A stretch of 64,000 nucleotides of DNA. Source: Alphaproteobacteria bacterium. GTDB lineage: Bacteria > Pseudomonadota > Alphaproteobacteria > UBA828. Where the stretch lies: NCBI GenBank assembly GCA_963667785.2, contig CAXXMU010000006.1:992001-1056000 (forward strand), read 5' to 3'. The notes under the pieces are model-generated. The model did no database searches. It was not told where the DNA came from and was given only the letters and a program-made list of their open reading frames with translations. A program made the translations under genes and the position numbers. This document shows, piece after piece, positions 39,265 through 51,280 of this stretch; position 1 is the first letter of the stretch; every line of letters starts with the position of its first letter.

Positions 39265-40025
39265 CCGGCGCGGGACGCGGCACGGTCGCGGGCCGCCTCC
39301 CCGAAGGCGCCGAAGATCGCCAGCGAGAACGGGTCGTCCGCGACCTTCCACTCCGGGTGCCACTGCACGCCGAGCGCGAACGCGGGCGCATCGTCGACGC
39401 GCACGGCCTCGATCTGGCCGTCCGGCGCGGTCGCCTCGACCACCAGGCCGGGCGCGAGACGGTCGATCCCCTGCGCGTGCAGCGAGTTGACCGCGACCTC
39501 GCGCCCAGGCCAGAGCGAGGCCAGCAGGCCGCCGGCGGCAAGCGTCACCTCATGGGCCGGCCCGTACTGCACGTCACGGGCCTGAGAGCCGTCCGAACGA
39601 TGGTCGAGCCGGCCGGGCAGGCGATGGACCTCCTGATGCAGGCTGCCGCCGAGGGCGACATTGAGCTCCTGCACGCCCCGGCAGATGCAGAAGATGGGCA
39701 CGCCCGCCTCGATCGCCGCCCGGATCAGCGGCAGCGTCGTCGCGTCGCGCTCGGGGTCGTGGAGCGTGCCGTCGGCGCTCGGCGGGCCGTCATAGAGCGC
39801 GGGCTCCACGTTCGACGGGCTGCCGGTGAAGAGCAGGCCGTCGAAGCGCTCGAGCACCGCGTTGCGGTCGAGCGCCGGGCCGAGCGCAGGCACCGCAAGC
39901 GGCAGGCCGCCGGCGGCCTCGGCGACCGCCCTCATGTACTTGTCGCCGACGACATGGAAGGGGTGAATGCCGATCTCCCGCGTACACGCGGGCAGGCCGA
40001 TCAGCGGAACCGGCGGCGCCGTCAT
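39261..40025 (-). CDS. puuD: Gamma-glutamyl-GABA hydrolase (peptidase C26)
   Basis: TGSPSNV, ICRG, NSLH, VQWHPE. Confidence 0.88.
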   Translation of the reverse strand: MTAPPVPLIGLPACTREIGIHPFHVVGDKYMRAVAEAAGGLPLAVPALGPALDRNAVLERFDGLLFTGSPSNVEPALYDGPPSADGTLHDPERDATTLPLIRAAIEAGVPIFCICRGVQELNVALGGSLHQEVHRLPGRLDHRSDGSQARDVQYGPAHEVTLAAGGLLASLWPGREVAVNSLHAQGIDRLAPGLVVEATAPDGQIEAVRVDDAPAFALGVQWHPEWKVADDPFSLAIFGAFGEAARDRAASRAG

Positions 40026-40031
40026 GGCGGC

Positions 40032-41381
40032 TCAGCTATCACGAGGGCCGTCGGCGGGCAAGAAGCCGCCCCGCCGCACAATCCCCAGGTAGATGACGCC
40101 GAGGCCGGCGCCTCGCACCACGTAGAGCAGCGTCATCGCCAGCCACAGGCCGTGATTGCCCAGCGGCTCGCGCAGGAGCCAGGCGCAGGGCACGAAGACG
40201 GCGAAGGCCAGCATCATCGTGTTGCGCATGTCGGCGGTGCGGGTGGTGCCGGTGAAGACGCCGTCGAAGAAGATGCCCCACACCGCGACCAGCGGCAGCG
40301 CGATCAGCCAGGGCAAGTAGTCGTAGGCGACCGCGCGCACGGGCTCGATGTCGGTCAGCACGCGAATGACCGGCAGGCCGGCAAGGCCGTAAACCGCGAC
40401 CGTGAGGAGGGCGAGGGCGAGGCTCCAGAGCAGGCAGACCCGGATGGCGCGGGCGAGATCCTCGCGGCGCCGGGCGCCGAGGGCGCGGCCGGTGAGCGCC
40501 TCGACGGCGAACGCGAAGCCGTCGAACGCGAAGTTGAAGAAGACGACGAAGTTGAGCAGCACCGCGTTGGCGGCGAGCACCACGTCGCCCTGGCGCGCGC
40601 TCAGCGTGGTGAACAGTGCGAACGCCGTGATCACGAACAGCGTGCGCAGGAAGATATCGCGGTTGATGCCGAGGAAGCGCCGCATGGCGGTGACATCGAG
40701 GAGGAGGTGGGGGCGCCACTGGCCGCCATGGCGGCGCGCGAGGCGGGCGGTGACGACCAGGCCCAGCAGGAGCCCCCAATAGTCGGCTGCCACCGTGGCC
40801 CAGGCGGCGCCGGCGACGGCAAGGTCGAAGCCGAGCACCAGCACCAGGTCGAGCACGATGTTGATGCCGTTGACCGTCAGCAGCAGCGCCAGCGCGGCCC
40901 GGGTGTTCTGCATCCCGATGAACCAGCCCACGAGCGCGATGTTGGCGAGCGCCGCCGGCGCCCCCCAGATGCGGATGAAGAAGTAGCCCATGCCCTCGCC
41001 GGCGACCGCCTCGCTCGGCTCCACCAGATGGAAGGCGAGCCGTCCGATCGGCCCCTGCAGCGCGAGCAGCAGCGCCGCCAGCACGAGGGCGATGACGAGC
41101 GCGCGGGCAAGCGTCGCGCGGGCACCGTCGAAGTCGCGGGCGCCGTAGTACTGGGCGGTCAGCCCCGTGGTGCCCATGCGCAGGAAATTGCTGCCGAAAT
41201 AGATCGTGTTGAAGATCAGCGCGCCGACCGCGACCGCGCCCAGAAAATGCGGCTCGGGCAGGTGGCCGATGACCGCCGTGTCCACCGCGCCGAGCAGCGG
41301 GACGGAGAGGTTGGAGACGACCATCGGCCAGGCCAGTCGCCAGACCCGCCGATGCCAGACCCACTCACGCATCGGCGACAT
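40032..41381 (-). CDS. dinF: MATE efflux transporter (DinF-like)
   Basis: SVPLLGAVDTAVIGH, FLRMGTTG, NRDIFLRT. Confidence 0.9.
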   Translation of the reverse strand: MSPMREWVWHRRVWRLAWPMVVSNLSVPLLGAVDTAVIGHLPEPHFLGAVAVGALIFNTIYFGSNFLRMGTTGLTAQYYGARDFDGARATLARALVIALVLAALLLALQGPIGRLAFHLVEPSEAVAGEGMGYFFIRIWGAPAALANIALVGWFIGMQNTRAALALLLTVNGINIVLDLVLVLGFDLAVAGAAWATVAADYWGLLLGLVVTARLARRHGGQWRPHLLLDVTAMRRFLGINRDIFLRTLFVITAFALFTTLSARQGDVVLAANAVLLNFVVFFNFAFDGFAFAVEALTGRALGARRREDLARAIRVCLLWSLALALLTVAVYGLAGLPVIRVLTDIEPVRAVAYDYLPWLIALPLVAVWGIFFDGVFTGTTRTADMRNTMMLAFAVFVPCAWLLREPLGNHGLWLAMTLLYVVRGAGLGVIYLGIVRRGGFLPADGPRDS

Positions 41382-41438
41382 CGGCCGGATCGCGCGCCCC
41401 TGTGGCCGGCGGGCGGGCGAGAACGGGGCGCCCGGCGC

Positions 41439-42101
41439 TCAGCGTTCCACGCGCGGCGTCTTGCGCGGGTTCTCGAACACGAACAGCGTCGGCCGCAGCA
41501 CGATATTCGTCTCGAGATCGTGCAGGGCGACGGTGGTGACGAAGCCCTGCGCATCCGTCACCTGCCAGCCGCGCAGCAGGAACGGGTCGGCATCCAGGAC
41601 GAGCGTCAGGCTGCCGGCGCCGGCATCGTCCGGCCGCACCACGGTGATCGCGATGCGCCCGTCGATCTCCGCGAACGCGGTCACCACCAGGTCCTCGCCG
41701 AAGCGCATCTCCTCCTTCGTGAGCGAGCCGAGCGGGGTGTCGAAGATGAACCAGTCGTTGACCTGGCCGAGCTCCATGTCGTGATAGTGCAGCAGCAGCC
41801 CGTCGCCCACGATCAGCACCGGCACCGGCGGTGCGTATTCCACGCGAAGCCGGCCGGGCCGGCGCAGATAGAGCACGCCCTCGGCGCGGTCGCCCTCCGG
41901 CCCGACCTGCCGGAAATCCGCCCTGAGCGTGTCGATCCCGTTCAGATAGCCCTCGACGGCGGCAAGCGTTTGCTGCTCTGCCGGGTCGAGGCTTGCGGGA
42001 ACGGCCTCCTGGCCCTGCGCCGGCGGAGCGGCCGCGAGCCAGACGGCCAGCAGGGCGCCGATGCAGAGCAGGGCGGCGGCACGGAACGTCGTCATCGACA
42101 T
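41439..42101 (-). CDS. lolA: Outer-membrane lipoprotein carrier LolA
   Basis: Signal peptide; LRADFRQ, LRRPGRLRVEY; lies downstream of ftsK. Confidence 0.88.
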   Translation of the reverse strand: MSMTTFRAAALLCIGALLAVWLAAAPPAQGQEAVPASLDPAEQQTLAAVEGYLNGIDTLRADFRQVGPEGDRAEGVLYLRRPGRLRVEYAPPVPVLIVGDGLLLHYHDMELGQVNDWFIFDTPLGSLTKEEMRFGEDLVVTAFAEIDGRIAITVVRPDDAGAGSLTLVLDADPFLLRGWQVTDAQGFVTTVALHDLETNIVLRPTLFVFENPRKTPRVER

Positions 42102-42171
42102 CGTGCCTGGAATGTAGGGTGCGCGGCCCGCGCTGCCAATCGCGGGCTGCGATCGTGGCGAGAAATCCCTG

Positions 42172-44592
<2,421 letters not shown>

Positions 44593-44762
44593 CTGCTGCC
44601 CCTGCGTACGAGTCGAGCCGAATCGAACATCACACCAGTTTACAGGAGGTTATATGGCTCTGTTAAGGGGAGAGTCGAAGCCGGGGATATGGACCATACC
44701 GGGTACGGACCGCCGCTCGCCCTCCTGCGCGGATCAATCCCGCGCGGCCGACCCGTTCCCGG

Positions 44763-45557
44763 CTAGTTCGAGCGCGAGCTGGCGCGGGGCCGGACCGGCA
44801 CGCCCTCCAGGAGGCCGTGGCGGTCCATGTCCAGCCAGGCATCCATGAAGACCTCGTTCCACTGCTCGGTCATGGGGTGGTGCATCATGTCACGGTAGAC
44901 CGTCCACATGGTCACGAGCTCGTCTGCTCCGTCGCGGAGGGCGGCGTACGCGGTCTCCACCGTGCGGACGAGGGCGGCCATGATGAAGGGACGCTGCTCC
45001 CAGCGGCCGAACACCTGGGCGCACTCCCGGATCAGCTTGGTCGGGTCGCCGCCCGCTTCCTTGACCGGCTCGCAGAAGGGCAGGATGTGATCGACACCCG
45101 CCTGGGCGACGGCCACGGCCTGCGGCAGGGAGAAGACGGTGGTGCAGCAGGTCTCCACGCCCTCTTCCCGGAGCGCGGCGAAGGCCTTCAGTGCGGTCGT
45201 CGAGCACGGGATCTTCAGGACGACCTGGTCGGAGAGATCCGTGAACGCCTTTCCGACCTCGAGGAGCTCCTCGAGCGAGTGCCCGTCGATCTCGACGACG
45301 ATGGGCTTGTCGGTGAGGTCCAGGTACTTCTTGATCACGTCGATGGCACCGCCATGGGCCTTCGCGTACTGATTGTGCACCACCGTGTTCGTGACGATCC
45401 CGGCGATGCCGAGGGGCATCCATTCCCTGAGGTCATCGGGATCGCCGGCGAGCCAGATGGCGGGGCCGCGGCCCTGGTGGAGGGCGGCGGGGACCGGGCC
45501 GGTGCCGGCCTCCTCGCCGATCGATAGAGCAAGGGGGACGGCGCGTGCAGTCCTCAT
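44763..45557 (-). CDS. Divergent transaldolase/FSA-family protein
   Basis: GIVTN, VVLKIP (Schiff-base Lys), TVFSLPQA; several canonical residues altered. Confidence 0.82.
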   Translation of the reverse strand: MRTARAVPLALSIGEEAGTGPVPAALHQGRGPAIWLAGDPDDLREWMPLGIAGIVTNTVVHNQYAKAHGGAIDVIKKYLDLTDKPIVVEIDGHSLEELLEVGKAFTDLSDQVVLKIPCSTTALKAFAALREEGVETCCTTVFSLPQAVAVAQAGVDHILPFCEPVKEAGGDPTKLIRECAQVFGRWEQRPFIMAALVRTVETAYAALRDGADELVTMWTVYRDMMHHPMTEQWNEVFMDAWLDMDRHGLLEGVPVRPRASSRSN

Positions 45558-45631
45558 GATCGGTTCCTCCCGGTCCGTTGCGACGCCATCACGGTGAACT
45601 GGCTCGGTTCAACCGGCCAACCCGCGTCGGA

Positions 45632-47119
45632 TTACGAAGCCCGCGCGTTGGGCACCGCCTTCGCGATCCTGTCAATACCCTCAGGTATCAGCGATCCTGC
45701 GATCACCGAGTAGCCCAGGCGAATGTGATTCCGGTTGTTTCTCTCGTCGGAGAAGGTGAAGCCGCCCGTCTCGAAGAATACGCCCTCGGCTTCCACCAAC
45801 TGCCGAAGAATGCCGGCATCCGCCTCGTCCGGCAGCCTGAGCCAGATACTGCCTCCGCCATATTCCGACTTCGTGGACGCGCCCGGGAAATGCTGCTCGA
45901 GGGCGTCATGCATGACCGCGCAGCGCTGCTTGTAGATGCCGGTGATCTTCGCGACGAACCGGTCGAAGTACCCGCGTTGAAGGAACAGCGCCACGCTTCT
46001 CTGATTGTTCACAGGGGGGTGCCGAAGAATATGGTGGCGGAGCGCTCTCGCTTCCCGGACGAACTCGCGATCGGCAACCAGGTAGCCGATGCGAAGGCCC
46101 GGCAACAGCGACTTCGACAAACTCCCCGTATAGATGACGTTTCCCCAGCCATCGAGGCTCTTGAGAGCGCGCGGGGGTGTCATGTTGAAGCTGATGTCGG
46201 CCTCGTAATCGTCCTCGATCACGAACTGACCGTTGCTCTTCGTGAGATCGAGCAGTTCCATTTTTCGGTCGAGGGGCATGGTGACGGTTGTCGGAAACTG
46301 ATGGCTGGGTGTCACGAAGAGGCACTTGCAACCGCCGACATCGCTGGAGAGAACCAGTCCCTTCCTGTCGACAGGCAGGCGCCTCACCGCAATACCCTCG
46401 ATCTCGGCCATGTTGATGACGTCGGGATAGCCTGGGTCCTCGACGCCGATCGTCTCGCCCGGCGACAGCAGGAGCTTGATGGCGATGTAGAGCGCCTGCT
46501 GGCCGCCGACCGTGACCAGGACCTCGTCGGGATGGGCGACGATGCCGCGCTTGGCGAGCACGCGCTGGATCAGCTGCTCGATCAGCATGTCGTCGTCGAT
46601 CGCGGAATAGTCGGTGGCCCAATTGGCGAGTTCGATGACGTTGACGGAATCGCGCACGCACTCGCGCCAGCTCGTAATGGGGAAGAGTGACGGGTCGGTC
46701 AGGCCGCAGACGAACGGGTAGCGATACCTGACCAGGACGTCCGAAGGCTTCACGACGCGCTGAAGGTTGAAGCTCCGCCCGGCGAAGAACGCCCGGTAGT
46801 CCAGCCGGCCCGGCGGTCGTGCATTCCCGGCCGGTGCGTCCGGCTTCAGCGCGTGGCCCGGGTCCGTCAGCACGTCGGGGTTCACGTAGAAGCCGGAGCG
46901 GTTCCGGGACTCCACGAAGCCGTCCTGCTTAAGCGCGTCATAGGCCAGCGTGACGGTCGTCACGCTGACTCCCAGCTCCGTCGACAGTTGCCGGATCGAC
47001 GGCAACGGCCGATGCAGGGGGTACTGACGATTGACGATGCCCATCGCGATCTGGCGCCGAATCTGCTTCTGCAGGCTCTCCGGCGCCTCGCGATCGATCA
47101 CGATCATGTTCTCGTACAT
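45632..47119 (-). CDS. MocR/GabR-family PLP-dependent regulator (TauR-like)
   Basis: GntR HTH (LPSIRQLS...TV), EDPGY, TPSHQFPT, IEDDY, SLSKSL. Confidence 0.93.
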   Translation of the reverse strand: MYENMIVIDREAPESLQKQIRRQIAMGIVNRQYPLHRPLPSIRQLSTELGVSVTTVTLAYDALKQDGFVESRNRSGFYVNPDVLTDPGHALKPDAPAGNARPPGRLDYRAFFAGRSFNLQRVVKPSDVLVRYRYPFVCGLTDPSLFPITSWRECVRDSVNVIELANWATDYSAIDDDMLIEQLIQRVLAKRGIVAHPDEVLVTVGGQQALYIAIKLLLSPGETIGVEDPGYPDVINMAEIEGIAVRRLPVDRKGLVLSSDVGGCKCLFVTPSHQFPTTVTMPLDRKMELLDLTKSNGQFVIEDDYEADISFNMTPPRALKSLDGWGNVIYTGSLSKSLLPGLRIGYLVADREFVREARALRHHILRHPPVNNQRSVALFLQRGYFDRFVAKITGIYKQRCAVMHDALEQHFPGASTKSEYGGGSIWLRLPDEADAGILRQLVEAEGVFFETGGFTFSDERNNRNHIRLGYSVIAGSLIPEGIDRIAKAVPNARAS

Positions 47120-47225
47120 CGTCGTCAGGCCCCTCGCCCCATGGAGCGACAGCCGCGGGAGTCAGGGGTAGCGCACGCCCAGCGGCGCCATCAAGCACTC
47201 TCAGCCTCTGCACCCAAAACCTTTC

Positions 47226-47253
47226 CTGTCTGTATGTAGGGACTCATCTGTCC
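47226..47253. promoter_or_regulatory. Candidate MocR operator
   Basis: CTGTCT and CTGTCC 22 bp apart with an inverted GGGAC between them, in the divergent intergenic region. Confidence 0.35.
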
Positions 47254-47342
47254 GAGCGGTAGGTTGATCCCGCGATGGCTTAGAAAATAAGCGCGCACGG
47301 GAGGGATTTTACCGGTGGATCAAGTGGCGGTGTCGGGAAGCA

Positions 47343-49004
47343 ATGCAGCTGCGTAGCGACAAACAATATCTGGGAATCGAGCGCTCTCTGCAGCGTGCAT
47401 GGGCGAAAGGAGCCGGGCTGATCGACGAAGAGTTCGAGCAGCCCATGATCGCGGTCGTCAACACGTATCAGGAGTTCTCACCGGAGAACGTCCACCTCCG
47501 TCAGGTCGCCGACGCCGTCAAGGCGGGCATTCGCATGGCGGGCGGAACACCCTGCGAATTCAACACCTTCCACGTCACTGACAGCGAGACCTTTGCCTCA
47601 GTCGGCATGCGCTACGTGCTGCCGAGCAGAGACCTCGTGGCCGACATGATCGAGCTCATGGTCGAAGGCCACCGCTTCGATGCGATGGTGCTGATCGGCT
47701 CGGGCGACAAGGTTATGCCTGGAATGGTAATGGCCGCAACACGCCTGGATATACCCGCCATCGTTCTGTACGGCGGACCGACCAAGGCCGGACTCTACAA
47801 GAACCGTAAGGTATTTCTGGAGACGGTCTACGACGGCGTCGGCGAGCATCTTCTCGGGAGGATTACCGAGGAAGAACTCAAGGGTCTCGAGGATAACCAC
47901 TTCCCGTTTTCGGGCGCTTGTGACACCGCAACATCAGGCAATACTGCCGGCATCTACACGGAAGCTCTGGGACTTTCCCTGCCCCATTCCGGCACCTTTC
48001 CTGCGGGAAGCAACTACCAGCTGCGCGCGGCGAAATACACCGGGATGAGGATCATGGAGTTGCTGAAAGAAGACCTGCGCCCGTCGGAAATCCTGTCGCA
48101 GGAGGCTTTCGAGAACGCCATGCGCGTGGGGCTGGCGGTCGGCGGCTCCACCAACATGGTCCTTCACATGATCGCGATGGCGATCGAGGCCGGCGTCGAA
48201 ATCAGCTTCGACACCTGGGACCGGCTCAGCCGGGAGACTCCGACCCTGGTCAAGCTCGCGCCGTCGGGACCCTGGGGCGTAACGGAGCTCGGCGAAGCGG
48301 GCGGCACGCCCGCGGTCATGAAGGCGCTGGGCGATCTCATTCACCCGGACACGCGGACGGTGAGCGGCGAGACGACCGGGGAGCTGATCGCCCAGGCGGA
48401 AATCGAGAACCCCGCGTGCATCCGAAGCAGGAGCGATCCCGTCGAGCCGGAGGGCTCCATCTACATCCTCAAGGGCACTCTCGCCCCCGGCGGTGCGGTG
48501 GTGAAGGCCTCCGGTGTCGCTCGCGACATGTGGGAAGCCGTGCTGCCGGCACGCGTCTTCGAGGACGAAGAGGGCGCGATCGACGCACTCCGCGACAACG
48601 AAATCTCGCCCGGCACCTGCGTCGTGATCCGGAACGAGGGAACGCGGGGCGGCCCCGGCATGCGCGAGATGCTGGGTGCCACCTCGGCGTTGATGGGGGC
48701 GGGTCTCGGCAACAGCTGCGCGCTCGTCACGGACGGGCGCTTCTCGGGCGCGACGCACGGCCCCGCCATCGGATACGTCACGCCCGAGGCCGCGCGGGAG
48801 GGGCCCATCGCCCTCGTCGAGGACGGCGATCCGATCTGCATCGACCTGGCGGGCCGCACGCTCGACTTGCGGGTGGACCCGGAGGTGCTCGCGCAGCGCC
48901 GCCGCAATCACACGCCGAGGCCGGTTCCGGTCTCGCGCGGCTATCTCAAGCACTACGCCGAGCACGTGGCGCCGGCGTCCGAAGGGGCGGTGATGCCGCG
49001 CTAG
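47343..49004 (+). CDS. IlvD/Edd-family dehydratase homologue with atypical metal ligands
   Basis: [27 protein letters not shown]; PEN and GDK replace PCN and CDK. Confidence 0.9.
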   Translation: MQLRSDKQYLGIERSLQRAWAKGAGLIDEEFEQPMIAVVNTYQEFSPENVHLRQVADAVKAGIRMAGGTPCEFNTFHVTDSETFASVGMRYVLPSRDLVADMIELMVEGHRFDAMVLIGSGDKVMPGMVMAATRLDIPAIVLYGGPTKAGLYKNRKVFLETVYDGVGEHLLGRITEEELKGLEDNHFPFSGACDTATSGNTAGIYTEALGLSLPHSGTFPAGSNYQLRAAKYTGMRIMELLKEDLRPSEILSQEAFENAMRVGLAVGGSTNMVLHMIAMAIEAGVEISFDTWDRLSRETPTLVKLAPSGPWGVTELGEAGGTPAVMKALGDLIHPDTRTVSGETTGELIAQAEIENPACIRSRSDPVEPEGSIYILKGTLAPGGAVVKASGVARDMWEAVLPARVFEDEEGAIDALRDNEISPGTCVVIRNEGTRGGPGMREMLGATSALMGAGLGNSCALVTDGRFSGATHGPAIGYVTPEAAREGPIALVEDGDPICIDLAGRTLDLRVDPEVLAQRRRNHTPRPVPVSRGYLKHYAEHVAPASEGAVMPR

Positions 49005-49007
49005 GCC

Positions 49008-50054
49008 ATGAACGCAGCAGGGAAGACCGTCGTCGTCACCAATGCCGCCTCCACCGGTATCAGGATCGAGCGCGCCGAGTTAAAGGCGCTCGCGCGCCGC
49101 AGCGACCGGCCCGGCCTGGCCTATCTCGGCGCCTGGACGTTTCTGCTGGCAGCGACCGGGGCGCTCGTCTGGCTCGCCCTGGGCAGCGCGTACGTCTGGG
49201 CGGCGATGTTCGCATACGGCGTCGTCATGTCGGTGCCGTCCTACGCGCTCAGCCACGAAACGGCGCACGGAACCGCCTTCCGCACACGCCGGCTCAACGA
49301 GGCCGTCTTCTGGTTCACGTCGCTGCTCTACGGCGAGGAGCCGCTGCACCGGCGCTACACCCACACGAACCATCACACCCACACCTGGTACGTCGGCCAC
49401 GACAGCCAGATGCCTTTCGACACGCCGCTCGACTTCAAGGGCTGGCTCTACGACATCAGCGGGCTGTCGATCCACAGGTTCCAGCTCCGGGTGCTCTGGC
49501 AGCTCGCGACCAGGCGATACACGCCGCTGATGCGGGAGGTGTCGCCGGCGTCAGAGCTGCCGAAGATGACCCGCAACGCGCGCCTCTTCTGCCTCATCTA
49601 CCTCGGCGTCGTCGCCCTGATCGCGTCCGGCTACGGCTGGCCGCTGCTCTGGTTCTACGTGCTGCCGCGACTCATCGGCGGTCCGATCATGCTGATGTTC
49701 AACATCATCCAGCACGCCGAGATGCAGGAGAACTCGCCCTCGATCGTGGACAGCACGCGGACGTTCCGGACGAACTGGGTGGGGCGCTTCCTCTATCTCA
49801 ACATGAACAACCACGTGGAGCACCACCTCTATCCGCAGGTGCCGTTCTACGCGCTCCCCCGGCTTCACGAGGCGGTCGCCCGGCAGACGCCGGAGCCGGA
49901 TCCGGGCTTCTGGCCCACCAATATCGATCTTCTCTGGGTCGTCGTCCGGCGCTCGCTCGGGCGCGGCACCAAGGCTGCATGGATCCGCCAGGCGCCGCAC
50001 ATGGTCAGCGCCGGCGGCACCCACACGAAGATCTCGAAGGCCACGATGCAGTGA
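49008..50054 (+). CDS. Membrane di-iron oxygenase, desaturase family (MocD-like)
   Basis: His boxes HETAH, HTNHH, QH, HVEHH. Confidence 0.9.
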   Translation: MNAAGKTVVVTNAASTGIRIERAELKALARRSDRPGLAYLGAWTFLLAATGALVWLALGSAYVWAAMFAYGVVMSVPSYALSHETAHGTAFRTRRLNEAVFWFTSLLYGEEPLHRRYTHTNHHTHTWYVGHDSQMPFDTPLDFKGWLYDISGLSIHRFQLRVLWQLATRRYTPLMREVSPASELPKMTRNARLFCLIYLGVVALIASGYGWPLLWFYVLPRLIGGPIMLMFNIIQHAEMQENSPSIVDSTRTFRTNWVGRFLYLNMNNHVEHHLYPQVPFYALPRLHEAVARQTPEPDPGFWPTNIDLLWVVVRRSLGRGTKAAWIRQAPHMVSAGGTHTKISKATMQ

Positions 50055-50893
50055 CGCGCACGCGCATCTACACCTACGGCGGCAAGCCGGCCCGGCGCAA
50101 CTTCACCGTGGCCGACATGATCGCGCACAAGGGCACGGCCAGGCTCTGCCAGACCTGCCCGGCGACGGAGGAGGAAGCCGCAGCCTGCGAGGCGGTGGGC
50201 ATCGACGTGCTGAACACGTCGGATGCGGACCTTCCCGCGGTGCGGGCCGGTGCGCCGGAGACCTTCACCATCGCCGATCTGCCGATGACGGCGCACCGGA
50301 CGCCGGACGATATCCTGCGTGCCGCCGTGAAGGCGGCGGAAATCGGTGCCGACGCGGTCTACACGCCGCGCAGCCTGCACATGGTCGAGATGCTGGCCAG
50401 GGAGGGGCTCGCTGTTCAGGGCCATCTCGGCCTGGTGCCGAGGCTTTCCACACGGCGGGGCGGCTTGCGGATCGTCGGCAAGACGGCAGACGAGGCCGTC
50501 GAGCTGGCGGAGGATTTTCGCCGGCTCGAGGACGCTGGCGCCTATGCCGCCGAAGTGGAATGCGTCGCGGCCGAGGCGCTCGCGGCGATCAACCCGCTGA
50601 CGACGCTGGTCACGCATTCCATCGGCGCCGGCTCCGCAGGCGACGTCATCTTCATGTTCCTGGTGGACATCTGCGGGGAGTCCGATCGCCCCCCGGGGCA
50701 CGCCAAGGCGTTCGCTGACCTGAGTTCGATCCGCGCGCATCTCGCGGTCGAGCGGCGGCGCGCCCTGAGCGACTACCGGCACGCGGTCATGAACGGCTCC
50801 TATCCCGACGCCACGACCTCGGTCTCGATGCTGCCGGACGAGCACGAGAGGCTCCTCGAGGCGCTGGATGCGCGCCGGATCTTTCACTCCTAG
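50051..50893 (+). CDS. Divergent ketopantoate hydroxymethyltransferase (PanB)-like protein
   Basis: ADLP, GHLGLVP, EVECV, SIGAG; GTGA overlap with the upstream gene. Confidence 0.82.
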   Translation: MTRTRIYTYGGKPARRNFTVADMIAHKGTARLCQTCPATEEEAAACEAVGIDVLNTSDADLPAVRAGAPETFTIADLPMTAHRTPDDILRAAVKAAEIGADAVYTPRSLHMVEMLAREGLAVQGHLGLVPRLSTRRGGLRIVGKTADEAVELAEDFRRLEDAGAYAAEVECVAAEALAAINPLTTLVTHSIGAGSAGDVIFMFLVDICGESDRPPGHAKAFADLSSIRAHLAVERRRALSDYRHAVMNGSYPDATTSVSMLPDEHERLLEALDARRIFHS

Positions 50894-50903
50894 GGGAACG
50901 ACC

Positions 50904-51212
50904 ATGGCCGACTGGGTCCGCGCCTGCGCCTGCGACGACATCGAGGAAGAGGACCTCATCCGCTGGGACCACGGAGGCCGCACCTACGCGATCTACAGAG
51001 CCGAGGACGGCTTCTACTGCACCGACGGCATGTGCACGCACGAGGAAGAGCACCTCGAGGAGGGGCTTCTGACCGGCCATGTCATCGAGTGCCCCCTTCA
51101 CCAGGGCCGCTTCGACATCCGGACGGGAGAGGTGATCTCGCCGCCGCCCTTCGTCGACCTCAACACCTATCCGGTGAAGACGGAGGGCGGACAGGTCTAC
51201 GTGAAGGTTTAG
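50904..51212 (+). CDS. Rieske ferredoxin (MocE-like)
   Basis: CTH...CPLH. Confidence 0.93.
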   Translation: MADWVRACACDDIEEEDLIRWDHGGRTYAIYRAEDGFYCTDGMCTHEEEHLEEGLLTGHVIECPLHQGRFDIRTGEVISPPPFVDLNTYPVKTEGGQVYVKV

Positions 51213-51280
51213 TGCCCCTGGACCGCAAAAACTCCCGGGGAATGCGCCGACAACCGATGCAACGAAGAGGAGATGGAACC

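Noticed and set aside
44763-49004. Sulfoglycolysis (sulfo-TAL or sulfo-ED) cluster
   Set aside because: No sulfoquinovosidase, isomerase or dehydrogenase is present; the resemblance is at family level only.
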